From assembly GCA_036785375.1 (NCBI GenBank), contig JAWMAR010000650.1:372001-436000 (forward strand): a stretch of 64,000 nucleotides of DNA, written 5' to 3'. Numbering within the stretch: position 1 is the first letter of the stretch; each line of letters starts with the position of its first letter. Both the position numbers and the translations under genes were made by a program. A model generated the notes under the pieces. That model ran no database searches, was not told the origin of the DNA, and saw only the letters and a list, made by a program, of their open reading frames with translations. The DNA is from Leucoraja ocellata (lineage: Eukaryota). This document shows, piece after piece, positions 48,906 through 62,730 of the stretch.

Positions 48906-49506
48906 TTGTTCAAGACGTGAAACATTAATCGTGTCTCTTTCTGCAGACGCTGCCTGACCTGCTGAGTGTTCCCACCATTTTCTGTTTTTATTTCAGATAT
49001 CCAACATTTGTACTTTTTTATCTTCATTTCAGACTATATAAACACTGCTGGATTTACAAGTTCAACGTTTCCATAATTTGGTCAGCATCTGCTGCTCTCT
49101 TAACCTTGCGCCTTCTCCTTCTTCTACCCGCACAAGAGTCATTGCTTCTTATGGAATTTAGAAACATAGAAACATAGAAAAAAGGTGCAGGAGTAGGCCA
49201 TTCGGCCCTTCGAGCCAACACTTCCATTCAATATGATCATGGCTGATCATCCAAAATCAGTACCGCGTTCCTGCTTTACCCCCATATCCCTTGATTCCGT
49301 TAGCCCCAAGAGCTATATCTAACTATTTGTAAAACAAATTAACAATCAACACGATATGTGTATATTTCCGGTTGTGTTTTATAACTTGATCTCTGGAATG
49401 ATTTCATGATTGACTCATTAAAGAGAATAACTGAATTAGTATCAGCATACATGTAATTGTTAACCTAATGCATGCTTTCTTCACGTATGTTAACATTGCA
49501 CACTAA

Positions 49507-49824
49507 AAGCCCTGTCCCACTGTACGCGTTCATTCAAAGAGTTCTCCCGAGTTTGCCCTGATTCGAACTCTGAGATTTACGGCAATGGCCGCTCGTCGGT
49601 ACTCGGGGCTCTCGTGGACATTTTTCAACATGTTGAAAAATCTTCACAAGTCTTCTTGAATTTACTGTGTTTCCCGAGTACCTGCCGGTAGCGTTACCAG
49701 CCGCTAAGAGATGTCCCCGAGCTCCGACGTACCCGCGACGTTCATTCAACGTGCTTACCACGAGTTTGATTTTTTTTTTAACTCGGGAGAGCTCTTGAAT
49801 GAACTCGTACAGTGGGACAGAGTT
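49507..49824. mobile_element. PIF/Harbinger-like MITE
   Basis: TIR gccctgtcccactgtacg / cgtacagtgggacag. Confidence 0.8.
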
Positions 49825-50719
49825 TTATGTTGGTAAGCACAGTAACTGCCTAGTCAGAACTTTGATATCAGCATTCACTTCTTAAAATGTTTTTGAAAAT
49901 AATTAATGGATTTTATATAAATGTATTTTGCAATGTCCAAGAATCTCCAAAATGGTTTAAAAGGGTGTTGATTGTAATCTCATGGTTTCAAAAATCAGGA
50001 AGGAAGTTTAATCCAGTCTGAAGAAGGGTCTCTATTCCTTTCCTCCAGAGATGCTGCCTGACTTGCTGAGTTACTCCAGTATGTTGTGCCTATCTTCGTG
50101 GTAAACCAGCATCTGCAGTTCCCTCCTACACAAAAAAGTGTACACAGCACTTTTAACCAACCAATTGTTACTGTTTCAGTAATTTATCATTGTTTTGTAC
50201 ATCCATCACTGCTTTAACTTTTATACATTGCAAAAAAAAAATCTAAAGCTGTGAAATACTGTAATTACAGCATTCTATTGCAATCATTTTATGGAAATTA
50301 CAAAGCAATTTGAATATAAACTGCGCCAGCCTTGCACAATGTCCTGGGCACGTGAAATAATCTATCATCTGAGATTGGTTTTTAAGTGGAAACTGCTGTC
50401 TTCACGTACTTGCCTTGATGTACTGAAATGAGAAATGAGAGAGGGAATCAACTCAAACGATTTTCATTCAAGTCTATTTCCAGACAGGGTTTATTTTCCT
50501 TATTGAAAGTGGAGATGAAAAAAAATAAAGAGTCCTCTGGCAATGAATGAGCTGCAAAGTTATAGCTGTTGATCTGCAGTTGGAATATCTGCAACTTGGA
50601 TTATGCATTGCAGGATCTCAGACTGTAACATCATTTGGCAGCATGTTAGAAAGCTGAGCATCCCATATTGTGAGGAAGATGGAAAAGCTGCCCGTACACT
50701 GTCCATCACTTCACAACTA

Positions 50720-51160
50720 CAGTATCTTCTGTCTTAGGCAGTCCCTTAGGGTTGGGGGTGCCTTGCCTCTGCCCCATTCGGAGCATTCGGATGGTGGCTG
50801 CAGAGTTCTGAGATGGAACTGCAGACTCTGCCAGAGATGGGGCAGGATATTAATTGATAGAGGTTCTCTGTTTGAGAGGATCTCCGCTCCATCCATCATT
50901 GTACCCTGTGCGTTCATCAAAGATGTTTCCTGGACGCTTCTTTTCCATTTTGCACGGCCACAGGCCAGGGCTTCCTATGAATTGTGAGAATGATACCTTG
51001 TTTCCGGGCTGCTTTGACAGTATCTTTGCAATATTTTCTCTACCTTGCTGGCATTCCCTTGCCATGATGGAGCTCAAAGTAGATCATCCGTTTTGGGAGT
51101 CGAGTGTCAGGTGTACACATCAGATCACCAACGTGCTTCCACATTTCATGTTGCGATGAG
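50720..51160 (-). mobile_element. RTE-clade LINE 3' fragment
   Basis: Minus-strand PKRMIYFELHHGK (RTE PKxxxYGEL motif) and 3' end gggactgcctaag. Confidence 0.65.
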
Positions 51161-51214
51161 CAGGTGCACCCAAACAGCAGGTACCCCAGTGCACACTGTA
51201 GCTAGCCAGTGACT

Positions 51215-51835
51215 CATGTTCATTAGTGATAGGAGCAGCATTAGACCATTCGGCCCATCAAGTCTACTCAATCATGGCTGATCTATCTTTCCCTCTCAAC
51301 CCCATTCTCCTGCCTTCTCCCCATAATCCCCGACACCCATACTAATCAAGAATCTATCTATCTCTGTCTTAAAAATATCCATGAACTTGGCCTCCACAGC
51401 CTTCTGTGGCAATGAATTCCACAGTTTCACCACCCTCTGACTAAAGAAATCCTGCCTCATCTCCTTCCTAAAGGAACGTTCTTTTAATTCTGTGGCTATG
51501 ACCTCTGGTCCAAGACTCTCCCACTTGTGGAAACATCCTCTCCAAATCCACTATTCGTTAAGTTTCAATGAAGCCCCCCTTAACTTTCTAAACTCCAGCG
51601 AGTAGAGGCCTAGTGCTGTCAAACGCTCATCATATGTTAACCCACTCATTCAAGTCAAGTCAAGTTTATTTGTCACATACACGTACAAGATGTGCAGTGA
51701 AATGAAAAGTGGCAATGCTTGTGGATTGTGCAAAAAAAACTACAAAACAGAAACATTCCTGGGATCATTCACGTAAACCTCCTCTGGACCCTATCCAACG
51801 TCAGCACATCATTCCTCAGATTTGGGGTCTAAAGT
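51215..51835 (-). mobile_element. CR1 3' region with a small Rex1-like tail insertion (~51650-51750)
   Basis: Homologous to 62305-62730. Confidence 0.8.
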
Positions 51836-52539
51836 TGCACACTGTGATTCTCTGTGGACCAATTGCCGTGTTCCCACTCAATGCCTTGGTGAAGACATTA
51901 CACATTACCATCTAACGTGCAACATGAAAGCATCTTCTCAAAAGAAACAAATACCTTATCATGTTACTATACAATTTATTGCACACTGCCATTAACTTCA
52001 TAAGATACCACATTTAATTATCTACTAAAGTTAATGAGATTGTAGAATTTGCACAGTAATACACAATAAACTCACCATGCAATGTTATGACAAGTCATTA
52101 GTAGAATCAGTTCACCATTGTTATTATTATTAATACTGTCAATCAACCATCTCCCTCTGGCCCTGAAAGTGACATTAAGACATGAAGCCTTTTTTCATTA
52201 ACAAAGGATCAGTGAGTTCCCACCATTAACTTCCTGAATATTACTATTGACATAAATGCAACGGGACTAAACTGGTAAATACCATTACTACACAAGCAGG
52301 TCAGGGTTTGGGTATCCTACAGCGAGTGGCTCATCGACTGACACCACAAAGTGTTTCCATCATCCACAAGACATAATTCAGGAATGAGATGGAATATTCA
52401 CTGTAGGCTTGGATGGGTGCCATAGTAAAATTGCCCAGGAAGGTCAATACCAACCAGGACAATGCAGCCCACTCGGACGGCAATCTATCCACCAATCTAA
52501 ACACCTATTACACTAAAATGAACCACAATTCCTTGGTCA

Positions 52540-53110
52540 GGCCACTCAAACAGCAGCGGCCAAACTCCACAACTTCTATAATCAAGGAAACAAGGTTCCA
52601 GATTCACAGAGTTTCTTCTCCGCTGTTACCAGGCAACTGAACATCCTCTTGCCATCTACAGTATCTCTTTGGAGACCTTTAAACTACCTTTAATCGGACT
52701 TAATCAGACTTTACATTGCACTAAATGTTATGCCCTTTATCCTGCATCTGCACACGGTGGACAGCTCGAATCAGATATAGTTTTTTCCTTGACTGGATAA
52801 CACACAAGAAAATGTTCTTACTGTACCTTGGAACACGTGGCAATAATAAACTAAACTAAACTAAACCTGTCCCTTCTTCCCAATGGCAGGAGTGAAATGA
52901 GAGCGTGGCCTGGGTGGTGTGGGTCACTGATGATGCCAGCTGCCTTTTTGAGGCAGTGACTCCTGTGGGGCCCTTCGACAGTAGGGAGGCCAGTACCCTT
53001 GTTGGACTGGACAGTGTTCACCACCTTTTGCAATCTTCATCATTCCTGGGGGTTTGAACCAGGATGTGATGCAACCAGTCAATGCTCTCTACTGTACATC
53101 ACTAGATTTT
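52540..53110. mobile_element. Two Rex1-like 3' fragments in opposite orientation
   Basis: Plus fragment ends in (ctaaa)n at ~52865; minus fragment encodes HPGHALISLLPLGRR. Confidence 0.65.
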
Positions 53111-53384
53111 CCAGAGAGTTGTCCCAAGATGCCCTGGAAACTGAATAAATAAAGGAAAGTTAATCATTTTAGGTCATTGCATTGAGCTATTACTTTTCAT
53201 TTTTTCCTCTTTCTTCTCTCACTCTTTCTTAATCCTCTTTTCTTTCTGTTTCTAATTTGGTTCTATTTCTGTATCTCCAATCTGCCCCCCTTGGCCCTCC
53301 CATATTTATTTCTCAGTCAATTAGTGCCAAATATCCATTCAGATTCTTTAACTATGGAAACTAAGCCTAACACTGCGGGAATAA

Positions 53385-53663
53385 GTTTAGTTTAGTTTAT
53401 TTTAGATTAGAGATACAGCGCGGAAACAGGCCCCTCAGCCCACCGAGTCCACACCAATCAGCGATCACCACACATTAACACTATCCTATCCTATCCTATC
53501 CTATACACGATCCTAAAGACAATTTACATTTATTCCAAGCCAATTACATACCTGTACATCTTTGGAGTGTGGGAGGAAACCAAAGATCTTGGAGAAATCC
53601 CATGTGGTCACGGGGAGAATGTACAAACTTTGCACAACTCTACCGCTGCACCACCATGCCGTC
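53385..53663 (-). mobile_element. HE1-like V-SINE
   Basis: Similarity to the other copies. Confidence 0.8.
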
Positions 53664-53809
53664 CAGAATAATTATTTAATAAATTTAATTCTATCATCAA
53701 AGAGGTGAGGAAATTGGCAATAGCTGCAGGTTCTTCTATTCACATTGCTCTGAAAACTGTAGTCATAGTGAACAAGGTAGCAAGGAGCGAATGAGCTGGT
53801 AGGCTGAAT

Positions 53810-54563
53810 GAGCTGGACTTCAGGAGGAGACCGAAGACCTTCGTCCATCAGCCCATCACCATTAACGGTGAGACAGTGGAGGCTGTGCAGAACATCAGGT
53901 ACCTCGGGGTCAACATCAGCCACGACCTGACCTGGACCGTCAACATCACGGCGACGGCCAAGAAAGGACTTCAAAGGCTTCACTTCCTGAGGTGCTTGAA
54001 GAGGGCACGTCTCCCACAACAGCTGCTGGTGAGCTTCTACAGGTCAGCCATCGAGTCAGTTCTCACATACTGCATCACAGTATGGTACTCTGGCTGCACC
54101 GCAGAGAACAGGAAAGCTCTCCAACGCGTCATTAAGACTGCTGAGAGGATCACTGGCACCCAGCTCCCCATAGTGGAGGACATCTACCGGACCCGCTGCA
54201 TCTGGAGGGTCAAGGGCATCGTTAGAGACAGCACACACCCTGGACACTGTCTCTTCACCCCCCCCTGCCCTCAGGAAGACGATACAGGACACTGAGCGCC
54301 CGCACGACAAGATTAAAAAACAGCTTCTACCATAGAGCTGTGACACTACTGAACTCTATCCCCCTCCCACACTGATTCCCCCCCCCCCTCTCTCACACAC
54401 CCGCCCATACTCCTATATGTTTATAGTCTAATTTTTTAATAGTTCTTTTTTAAACGTATTTTTATACTCATATTCCTGTGCAGCTGGAGGACTGCTCCAA
54501 CAAAATTTCGTTGTCTTGTACAATGACAATAAAGATTATTATATTATTATTATTATTATTATT
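53810..54563 (+). mobile_element. 5'-truncated Rex1/Babar LINE
   Basis: RYLGVNISHDLTW...QRLHFLR...FYRSAIESVLTYCITVWY; caatgacaataaa plus (att)n tail. Confidence 0.9.
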
Positions 54564-54859
54564 AGGCTGGTACATGAATGATAAATTGTTCAAATGCTGC
54601 ACATAAAATGTACAAACAAGGTTAATTATTTAAACCTGACCACACAAAGACAACCAGATGACAAGATACTTAAAACATGGTAGTGATTTACTCTGATCCT
54701 AGGTCATCCTCCAGGATACCAAAATAACATGTTTTGGAAATTAGTGGTGGTACATTTGTCAGTAGGTAATCGAGTCAAGCTTTATAATAGCCAGATTGAA
54801 ACAAAGTACATTCATCAGGAAGCAAGTACAATCTTAACTCTAGTCTGGATTCACACAAA

Positions 54860-55150
54860 CGGCATGGTGGCGCAGCGGCAGAGGTGCTACCTTACAGTGC
54901 CAGAGACCCAGGTTCAATCCTGACTATGGGTGCTGTCTGTATGAAGTTTGTACGTTCTCCCCATGACTGTGTGGGTTTTCCCTAGGTGGTCTCGTTTCCT
55001 CCCACATTCCAAAGTTGTACAGGTTTGTAGGTTAATTGGCTTTGGTAAAGATTGTAAATGACCCCTAGTGTAGGATAGTGCTAGTGTACAGGGATTGCTG
55101 GTCAACACAGACTCGGTGGGCCAAAGAGCCTGATTCCGCACTGTACACAC
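54860..55150 (+). mobile_element. HE1-like V-SINE
   Basis: A-box-like tggcgcagcgg, B-box-like ggttcaatcc, V-domain, CR1-like tail. Confidence 0.85.
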
Positions 55151-55699
55151 TGAGGAATTCAAAGTTTTTGACTCTCCACCACCGTACCGTCGTTGAAGAC
55201 AGTTTTGTGGATCCTCGACCTTCCTTTTCCAAAGTCAATAATCAATTCCTTGGTTTCAAACGAATGTGGACCTCCTGGTTCCTCCAAGGCTTCTGATTTG
55301 GGGAACTCAGATGGTCTTCGTGTGAATACACTCCTCCACAGAAGTCAGTGGCGTATTCACTCAGGTCCATTGCCGAGTTCTTCAACATTACACAGACTAC
55401 TGACTCCAAGCAGTCCTGGAGTAATTGCTGTGCCTCTCCTGATGTTGGGTGTGCACTCTTCAGACGCTGTCTATTTGCAGGAAGTGAGGGATGTAGAGAT
55501 AGTATAGCAGTGGGAGACGGTGCTTGCTCCTCTGTTGCTGCAGTAGTGGTAGTAGTTTGGGAGTGATTTCTTCAGGCTGGCTTTGTTCAACTCCCCGGTT
55601 ATGATGGGAAAGGCATTTGTTGGCCACGGTGTGCAGCTCTTCCAGTGCTAGACGAACATCTGTCTGGGATGGGATATAGGTCGTAGTCAGGTAGACATT

Positions 55700-56550
55700 A
55701 CTTTAGAGACACAGTGTGAAAACTGGCCCTTTGGCCTACTGAGTTTGCGCTGACCAGTGATCACCTCTATCCTACACACCAGGGAGGAAACCAGAACACC
55801 CAGAGAAAACCCACGCAGTCACAGGAAGAACGTCCAAACTCCGTACAGACAGCACCCATTGCCAGGATTGAACCCCGTGCTATAAGGCAACAGTCGGTTC
55901 AGTTTAGTTTATTGTCACGTGTACCAAGGTACAATGAAAAGCTTTTGTTGCATGCTAACTAGTCAGCAGAAAAACTATACATGATTACAATTGATCCATT
56001 TACAGTGTATAGATACAGGATAAGGGAATAACGTTTGGTGCAAGGTAAAGCCTGCAAAGTCCTATCAAGGGTAGTCCTAGGGCCACCAAAGAGATAGATA
56101 GTAGTTCAGCACTGCTCTCTGGTTGTGGTCGGATGATTCAGTTGGCTGATAACAGCTGGGAACAACTACTGTCCCTGAATCAGGTGGTGTGTGTTTTCAC
56201 ACTTCTATACCTTTTGCCTGATGGGAGAGGGGAGAAGAGGGAGTGGCCAGGGTGTGACACATGCTTGATTATACTACTGGCCTTGCTGAGGCAGCGTGAT
56301 GTATAAATGGAATCAATAGGATGTTGGTTTGTGTGATGGTCTGGGCTGCGTCCACAATTCACTGCAATTTCTTGCGGTCTTGGATGGAGCTGTTCCCAAA
56401 CCAAGCTGTGATGCATCCTGATAAAATGCTTTCTATGGCGCATCTGTAGAAGTTGGTGAGAGTTGTAGGGGACATGCCAAACTTCCTAAGCATTCTAAGG
56501 AAGTTGAGGCGTTGATGTGCTTCCTCTATCACTGTACCACTGTGCTGCCG
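55700..56550 (-). mobile_element. V-SINE interrupted by a Rex1-like 3' fragment (~55900-56520)
   Basis: HPGHSLFSPLPSGKRYRS in the ORF track; SINE halves on either side. Confidence 0.75.
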
Positions 56551-57899
56551 AACCTTCCCCCTCTGACTATCCTCTGCTGCTCACACAATGACTTCTCACA
56601 GCTCCTAATAATTTCACCCAAAGACCCAGAGCTTCGAACAATTCAGTGAAATAACGAAATGCTAACTAATCAGACACTGATTACCCATAAATTTAAAATA
56701 AACACCTTACGATGAAAAAAAAAAACAGAAGAAATATTCTGCTGTTGTGAAAGTTATGTTGAAAATAGTGAATATTGGAATAAAATGTATTTACATTTCA
56801 AATACTTAATTAATGGAAAGCACCCTTTGTATAAATATTCTTAATTTGAAGAAAACAGAATGCAGAGTTGTCCAACTGGATTTTATCTGCTGGGATTATT
56901 ATGCAAATTGAGATTCATAGAGTAGAGATGAGCTACTGTCCTCCAACATCAGGGAGTAGGGATCAGCCAAGCACAGTATTTGATGAGCAGAGCAATTGAG
57001 TGTACTTGTATTTTGTGCTATTAAAACTCAATGGTCATTACTCAACATGTCTGATTCTGATTAAAAGCACCAACACCGCAAGCCATAATCCTATACTGTG
57101 TGTTCATTTTCAATTAAATCTTTGATGTTCATTAAAGATGAATGTATCTTTACTGAACTAATTAAATCTCTTGTGTTTTACATCCATCTCCGATGAGATT
57201 CTATATTAAAGATACCATTCGCAGGAGTTTAAAAACAGTTAATTCTTTTCTTTAAATGGACATTCATTATAAATATTCCATTTGTTGTGGGAATATCTAT
57301 ATTCTCCATTTTAAAGGCATCAGCAGATATTTTTGACTAAGCAAGATCTGATAGATCATTAACAAGTATTTCACGTTGAATATCTACAGGAAGCAAAATT
57401 GCAGTGTGAAGAAAGGTCGCAACCCGAAAAATAAAATCTTTCTGTTTCCCTCCACAGATTCTGCATGACCCGCTGAGTATCCCCAATGGTTTGATTTCTG
57501 CTCAAGATTCCAGCAACTGAAGTCTCTTGTGTCTCCAAATTTAATTATCCATTCCATTATTTCACCTTTAACTAAATTTACATTAATGGTGCTCTCTTCT
57601 CAGCTCCCTCCAGGAACGATGCCACATACCAGAGTGCAGCTAAGATCATGAGCATGAAACTTACAACACAACTCTCATTCTCCCAGTCACGTCCATGTTA
57701 ATCGTTTGAGAAATAATGTTCCATGTGTTTGCATCACTGGAAAAGTAGAATCATGTCACTGATTTATTTGAACAGTATCCATCGTGTCACTGATCGTTAG
57801 AATAATATCCACATCCATCTTGATTCTTCCAAAATTGGCATTAACACTGGTGTTTTGTTGGTAATTTAGCCTTCCTTGTGAGGTCTTTACAAAGTAACC

Positions 57900-58585
57900 A
57901 TTCAGTACATTGCCAAAACAAGTACTTCACCCAATTCTGCACATCCTTCACTTTCCTTCACCAATGCCTCAGCTTCCACAAGACTCTAAGCAACTTTTCC
58001 GACTTCTACAGATATACCCTAGAAAACATGCCATTGGGTTGCATTGCAGCTTGGTTGGGAACAGCTCTGTCTAAGACTTCGAGAAATTGCAAAGAATTGT
58101 GGAAGGAGCCCAGTTCATCACACAGACCAGCCACCCCACCATCAAATTAATTTACATTTCATAGTGCCTCAGGAACATGGCCAACATATTCAAGGACCTT
58201 TCCCACCCTGGTCATTTTCCCTTTCCTCCTCTGCTGTTGAGCAGAAGATAAAAAAAGCTTGAAGGTACGTACTACTGGATCCAGGGACAGCCTCTTCACT
58301 GCTGTTATCAGATGGCTAAATGGTCTTCCATTAACATGGGTGTGGATCCCATCTTCCAACCTACCTTCATTGTTGACAATGGACTTTTTTGTAACTCTAA
58401 CACTGCAATGCAGTAACACTATATTCTGCACTCTGATATTTGTTTTCACTCTGCACTGGCTACTGTATTTGTGTATGGCTTGCTTGTACAATCCTAGTAT
58501 AATTTGATTTGACTGGGTAGCCCACAGAAAGTAACTTTTTACTATATATTAGTACATGCTAATAATAAACCAATATCAATATCAA
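57900..58585 (+). mobile_element. Degraded Rex1-like LINE 3' region
   Basis: NFSDFYRYTLEN...GCIAAW; tcccaccctggtcatt; aataaa end. Confidence 0.7.
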
Positions 58586-58839
58586 TACTTTGGGAAAATT
58601 CCAGTAGGGAATTAGATGGTGTAAGTAATGCATTGATCATCTGCTTATAACATCTATGGGAAGCAAGCTGGCTGATACTGCAATCCAGTGTGCTAGCTGG
58701 TAACATGACTATTGGTGCAGAAGGGGAATGAGATACTACCTAAAACCTACTATATGTGATGGTTGTGTAAGCTTCTGTTTGCACATCTATCTTGCTTCCT
58801 ACACCAGAGGGCGGCACAGCTTTCCTACAAATAGGTGAG

Positions 58840-59290
58840 GTACAGTGGCGCAGCGGTAGATTTGCTGCCCAACCACACTTTCAGCGCCTGAGACGTGGGT
58901 TCAATCCCGACCACAGGTGTTGCCTGTACCGAGTTTGTATGTTCTTCCCGTGACTGCGTCGGTTTCTTCCCACAATGGTGTAATGGCACCTAGTGTGTTT
59001 TGGATAGTGCTTCTTCTTCTTATCGTGTCCACACACAAAATTAGAATTAGAAGTTGTTCAGCCAGAGCTAAACACACTTCTCTGCATCTGCACACAATGG
59101 TGTCTGTCTTGTCGCTTCTTATGCTTCTTGTGCGTGGTGGGGGAAAGATTGGTGGAAACAGGGCCGTGACGTGAACGCTCTTTCCTTGACCCCAGGATAA
59201 ATGTGCAGGGATTGCTGGACGGTGCGTTCTCAATGGGCTGAAGGGCCAGATTCTGCGCTGTATGTCTAAACTAAACTAAAACTAAACTAC
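58840..59290 (+). mobile_element. V-SINE with a nested family-1 HDV-like retroposon (59010-59193, minus)
   Basis: SINE head at 58840-58975 and (ctaaa)n tail; the insert has the same 52-nt 5' fold (59142-59193) as 5397-5448. Confidence 0.8.
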
Positions 59291-59949
59291 ATATGAGTGT
59301 GTTTTACTTTCAGCAAACTTAAAGCGGATATTGCTAATATAAACAAATTAATTTTTAGTGTATGAACTAATTAGCTGAAACAAACTGTGTAATATATGAA
59401 ACTTGATTAACTGAATGTGTAAAGTAAAATTTGATAGGAAAGACAGTGAAGGTAATGTACTGAAGCTGCAACATATGAAAGTAGTGGAAAGTAATAAAGA
59501 ATGGCAGTGGGGGATAAAGAGAATGGCTGCAAATTTAAATGAAAATGTCAAGACCGTAGAGAACGGCAACATTCTGAGTAAGGGATAGAGTTTTGTGTGG
59601 AATTGCTTTATTAAACAAAGTTCTCAAAGAAAAATATTAAAGAGTAAAATCTAGAGAAATTTTACTTGAAAGCAAAAAGCATTCATAATATAGCTGAAGT
59701 AATGGTATGAATAGAGGCAAATATATTCAAGTAATATGTATGGTGGTAACATGGATGTATGGTGACCAGGGTTGAGATTTAATCATTCCACAGCTATTGC
59801 TTGAGATTTAGGAAGTGCAGAAAAATATGAGAAGAAAAGGCTAAGATTGGCCTCATTATATATTATACGCCGATGGACCATTTCCTCATTCGCTACTGTG
59901 GACTGCTTTTGAAATCTTTCAGGTGCCTGCAATAATAACAAATCTGGTA

Positions 59950-61915
59950 AAAAAAACGACTTCCAGGATCTGCAATTTTGTCTCACAACATCAGACTTTA
60001 CCACAGCGTGACAACCACTGGAAGTAGGTATCATGGCGGGGTGGACATTCACCTTCACTATGGCAATGGAGCTCATTATCAGAGCATCAAAATGGGTTGT
60101 GGGAGGAAAATGGCTACAGTGTGGTCAACGATTGCCACCGATGCAAGCCTATATGGACGATATAACAACACTAACAACTATTCCCTGGACCAAGAGACTT
60201 CTGGAAAAACTTCATCAAAACATCACATGGGCAAGGATGAAGATTAAACCCAGCAAGTGCAGAATCATCTCCATTGGCAAAGGTCAAGTCAAGGATCAAA
60301 TATTTCATATTGACGGAATACCTGTTCCAACTGTTTCAGAAATGCCAGTGAAGAGTTTGGGCTGATGGCATGATGCAAAGCTCAAGAACACCAAGCAGTT
60401 TGAACAACTGAAAAAGGATACCATCATGCACATAGCTCACATCAACAAGACCTTGCTACCAGGAAAACTCAAGCTGTGGTGCTTCCAATTTGGCATACTA
60501 CCAAGAATCATGTGGCCTTTAACTATGTATGAAATCAACAAAGTGGAAAAGCTGGAAAGAATGATCAGCACACATGTGAAACAGTGGCTTCCACGATGCT
60601 TAAGTTCTGTTGGACTGTACGGGAGTGGCAAATTGGAATTACCCATTGCAGGACTTGTGGAAGAATTCAAACGCACTAAAGCAAGGTTGGTCATGACCTT
60701 CACTGAATCTGAAGATACTGTTATTCGAACAGCGGCCCCCAGTGTGTCAACGGGGAGGAAGTGGACCTCATCTGAAGCCATTCAGAGTGCTAAGTCTGCT
60801 CTTCATTTCCGGGATGTGGTTGGCCAAGTCCAACACTGGAGAGCCGGGCTCAGGCTCGTCCCAAAAGCACATCAATGGCACAAGGCAACATCAGTGCAGA
60901 AAAGACGGCTCGTGGTGGAGGAGGTGAGAAGACGGGAGGAGGCAGAGCGACACGCCAAGGCCGTCTCAATGGCCAAGCAGGGCCAATGGACTAACTGGGA
61001 GAGCCTGGAAAAGAGGGAACTCAGCTGTCGTGACATCTGGCAAATGGAAGGATCTCGGCTAAGTTTTGTCATCAGAGTCACTTATGATGTTCTACCATCT
61101 CCCCAGAACCTGAGGCAGTGGTTCGGAGAAGACCCCGCTTGCTCCCTTTGCCAAGCACCTGCATCACTAAGGCACATTTTGACAGGATGCACTATGAGCC
61201 TCTGCTAAGGGCGTTACACTTGGCGGCATAACCAAGTTCTCAGACAGCTGTCATCAATCCTTGAACAGAGGCGAACGATCACAAATGCTTCCCCGCCAAC
61301 ATCGGCAGGAAATGTCCACTTCACAACATTTGTACCAGCAGGCCAACCTCCAGAGCACCAGATAACATCAAAGGATGCAAGCATTCTGCAGCCTGCTTGG
61401 GATTGGAAAATGGAAGTGGACTTAGAAAAAAGGCTTGTGTTTCCCCCAGACATTGTGGCTACAACACTCCGGCCAGACATGGTTCTGTGGTCCACAACAG
61501 CCAAGTTGGCATACGTTGTGGAATTGATAGTTCCATGGGAAGATGGTGTTGAAGAAGCTTATGAGAGGAAAAAGACCAAGTCTGAACTGGCTACTGAAGC
61601 TTCCCAGAATGGCTGGAAGACCAAGATTTTCCCTGTCGAAGTGGGATGCAGGGGATGTGTTGCTACATTTATGACCAGGCTATTAAAGAAAATGGGGGTG
61701 AGGGGTCGCTCCCTCCAACAAGCAATCAAATCATTATCAAATTCTGCAGAAAAAAGCAGCAATTGGATTTGGATCAAAAGGAGAGACAACAATTGGGCTG
61801 CAAGATGAATACAGGAGGATATGGAATTGAGGGGGTGTAACTGGGACGCCAGGTATCACCATTGAGCCCTCTGGAGATGTTGTGGGCTTATCAATGAAAC
61901 GTCAAAGGAGGAGAG
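59950..61915 (+). mobile_element. 5'-truncated HERO-like non-LTR retrotransposon with restriction-like endonuclease (disrupted)
   Basis: RT AYMDD; LPGKLKLWCFQFGILPR; CCHC CSLCQ...RHILTGC; RHNQVL; RPDMVLWS...VELIVPWED. Several stops and frameshifts. Confidence 0.88.
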
Positions 61916-62304
61916 TATACACTCTAATAGTAGCAACACAATTTGAAAGTGAATTAATCGTGAAACATAAAAAGCATGCGGTAAAGTTAATATAATAATC
62001 AGGGTCACTTTAATCTGCTAATGGATAGAATGCATCTAGTTTTCAAAAGTAGTTTGAAAGCTGAGAAGACAAAATGCACTCAGATGCGTTTTCTAGAATA
62101 CATTGGGAAATAATTAAGGAACAGATTATTTTAGATCTCACCTAACATAAAGAGACTATGTTAATTAGTTATTCACAGTAAATAACCTTCTCAGGAAAAG
62201 TGACCATAATATGCTAGAAATTTGAAAGGGAGTTGATTGGATTCATGGATTTTAGAGAAGCTAGATATGTAGATACATAGAAAGATATTGCAAGAAAGTC
62301 TTAA

Positions 62305-62730
62305 GGTCATAAGTGATGAGCAGAATTAGGCCATCCGGCCCATCAAGTCTCCTCCGCCATTCAATCCGACTAATCTATCTCTCCCTGCTAACCCCATTCT
62401 CCTGACTTCTCCCCATAATCCCTGACACCCGTACTAATAAAGAATCTATCTATCTCTGCCTTAATAAATATCCATTGATCGCCTCCACAGCCTTCTGTGG
62501 CAAAGAATTCCACAGATTCACCACCTTCTGACTAAAGAAATTCCTCCTCATCTCCTTCCTAGAGGAACGTTCTTTAATTCCTTGGCTATTATCTCTTGTC
62601 CTAGACTCTCCCACTCGTGGAAACCTCCTCTCCACATCGACTCTACACAAGCCTTTCATTATCCAGTGAAAGTTTCAATGAGGTCCTCATCCTTCTTATC
62701 TCCAGTGAATACAGGCCCAGTGCCGTCAAA
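62305..62730 (-). mobile_element. CR1 3' region
   Basis: RRNFFSQKVVNLWNSLPQKAVEA. Confidence 0.85.

Noticed and set aside
54860-54930. tRNA genes at SINE heads
   Set aside because: A/B-box-like motifs run straight into the V-domain and LINE-derived tail; no intact cloverleaf.
61870-61905. Hammerhead-like ctggaga...gaaacgtc in the HERO 3' UTR
   Set aside because: Core deviates from CUGANGA and stem II is weak; more simply a 3' UTR stem-loop.
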